From Cycas panzhihuaensis (Eukaryota; Plantae; Cycadophyta), in NCBI GenBank assembly GCA_023213395.1, contig CM041465.1:202003741-202067740 (forward strand): a stretch of 64,000 bases of DNA, given 5' to 3'. This document shows positions 62,775 to 64,000 of the stretch, one piece after another. The notes beneath the pieces were generated by a model. That model saw nothing but the letters and a program-made list of their open reading frames with translations. It was not told the DNA's origin and searched no databases. The position numbers and the translations under genes were made by a program. How positions within the stretch are numbered: position 1 is the first letter of the stretch; each line of letters begins with the position of its first letter.

Positions 62775-64000
62775 GAAGGACCTCTTCTTCCTTTTTTTTT
62801 TTTTACCTCCTGAAGCCTGATATTTTAATATATTGTTTGCCTTAGATGACAATATTTGTTATTTTGACTGTAATTTGACCCCGTGTGTCTGAAATAATTG
62901 ACAAGGAAAAAGTTGTGAGTGAGCCCTTCAATTCAGTTGATTTAAAAGTGAGCTTTATCTTGTCTTTCTTTCCTTTTTTTTCCTATTTTGAACTCCTATT
63001 CTATTAATAGCCAAATGTGCTTACATCTTAATAAGAACAGTAGAAGACTAGCCCAGTAAAACCTTTGTCTTAGAATCAAAATTTGAATCTCTATGACACA
63101 ATTTAGACGAGTTTGATAGAAATCATACTGTGCTAACTAAGCCTACCTATCAGATATCCACCCGCCTGCTCTTTATACGAAATGGAGCAAGAGAGTAATG
63201 TTGTGAACATAAATTTGGACTATTAGGGAGAATGCCATCTTCCTCATGATTGTCTATGAGGTGTCAGACTTGGTTATTTCTGTTTGCAATGGTGGTCTCT
63301 AACCCTTGTATGAGCTCTGGGATGTTGGAGGTGTCTTCTTCATCCTCCTAAGGATTTTTTTGGCAATAAACATATTTGCTCAGAGTATTATATAGACACT
63401 GTTTTTGGGACGTGTTCCTTCTTGAGACCATATTTAGGATAATCTTGTATCTATACAAAGATTGAGGTAGGGGAGATATCCATATGGGGAGGGACAGGCA
63501 TCCACACTTGGCCTTCTGTTTATCATGGGGCATTGATGGGGATCAACATGATTGATAGATGCAGATGTAGGCGTCCTACATACTGGTTCCCAAAGGTCTC
63601 CTCTCTGCTTCAATTAGTGGGGATATATAATGACCTTCCACCTTCCATTTGGCTCTGCTTAGATGCTCATAATCTCAATTGGTTCAAGGTTAATGAGGTG
63701 ATTAGGGATAAACTGTATTGAGTATACCTTCATGTCACTTAAATCTCTCCATGCAGAGCCCTTGGCTCAAAACTATCCTCCTACTTTGAACACTTTCTCC
63801 TAATAGTTGATGGTATCATTGTTCCTCTTGGATATGTGCACCTACAGTTGCCACATGATCTGAGATTTGCTGTGGGACAACTCAAGGTTTGCTCTCATTT
63901 GCTTCAAAGAGGGGTTGAACATTCTATCATGTGATATGGGTGCATTTTTAGGTTATGTTTCCTTCAGGCTGAGACACAATATAACACTTCATATTTCTTT

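Noticed and set aside
63050-64000. Possible terminal methyltransferase exon or LINE remnant
   Set aside because: No METW-like exon or recognisable RT/endonuclease motif was found; the short ORFs are uninformative.

Overview
This is eukaryotic, AT-rich, CpG-depleted plant nuclear DNA, most likely from a large gymnosperm-type genome (inferred from the TE families and intron scale). About 60 kb is a multi-level nest of decayed LTR retrotransposons, which I resolved using LTR pairs, PBS/PPT and target-site duplications (TSDs). An old chromodomain Gypsy (F) hosts Gypsy-2 and Copia C. Gypsy-2 hosts Gypsy-1 and the non-autonomous element B, and Copia A sits inside B's 5' LTR. C hosts D, Copia G lies further right, and the non-autonomous element H hosts E and Copia I. 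Three canonical exons of a host SAM-dependent methyltransferase gene (At4g02405-like) lie at 62.1-62.8 kb; no upstream exons are visible, so the whole nest may be one giant intron. There are three main candidates for something new. (1) Two related Gypsy elements share an unusual layout: multi-zinc-knuckle Gag, PR, two extra capsid-like Gag repeats, RT-RH-INT, then a conserved extra 3' ORF. (2) Pol-less element B carries antisense 5' fragments of two host genes, one clearly EXORDIUM-like. (3) A non-autonomous Copia family (D/E) shares cis-elements with autonomous Copia I. No rRNA, tRNA, CRISPR or prokaryotic systems were seen. All homology calls come from motif recognition, not database searches.
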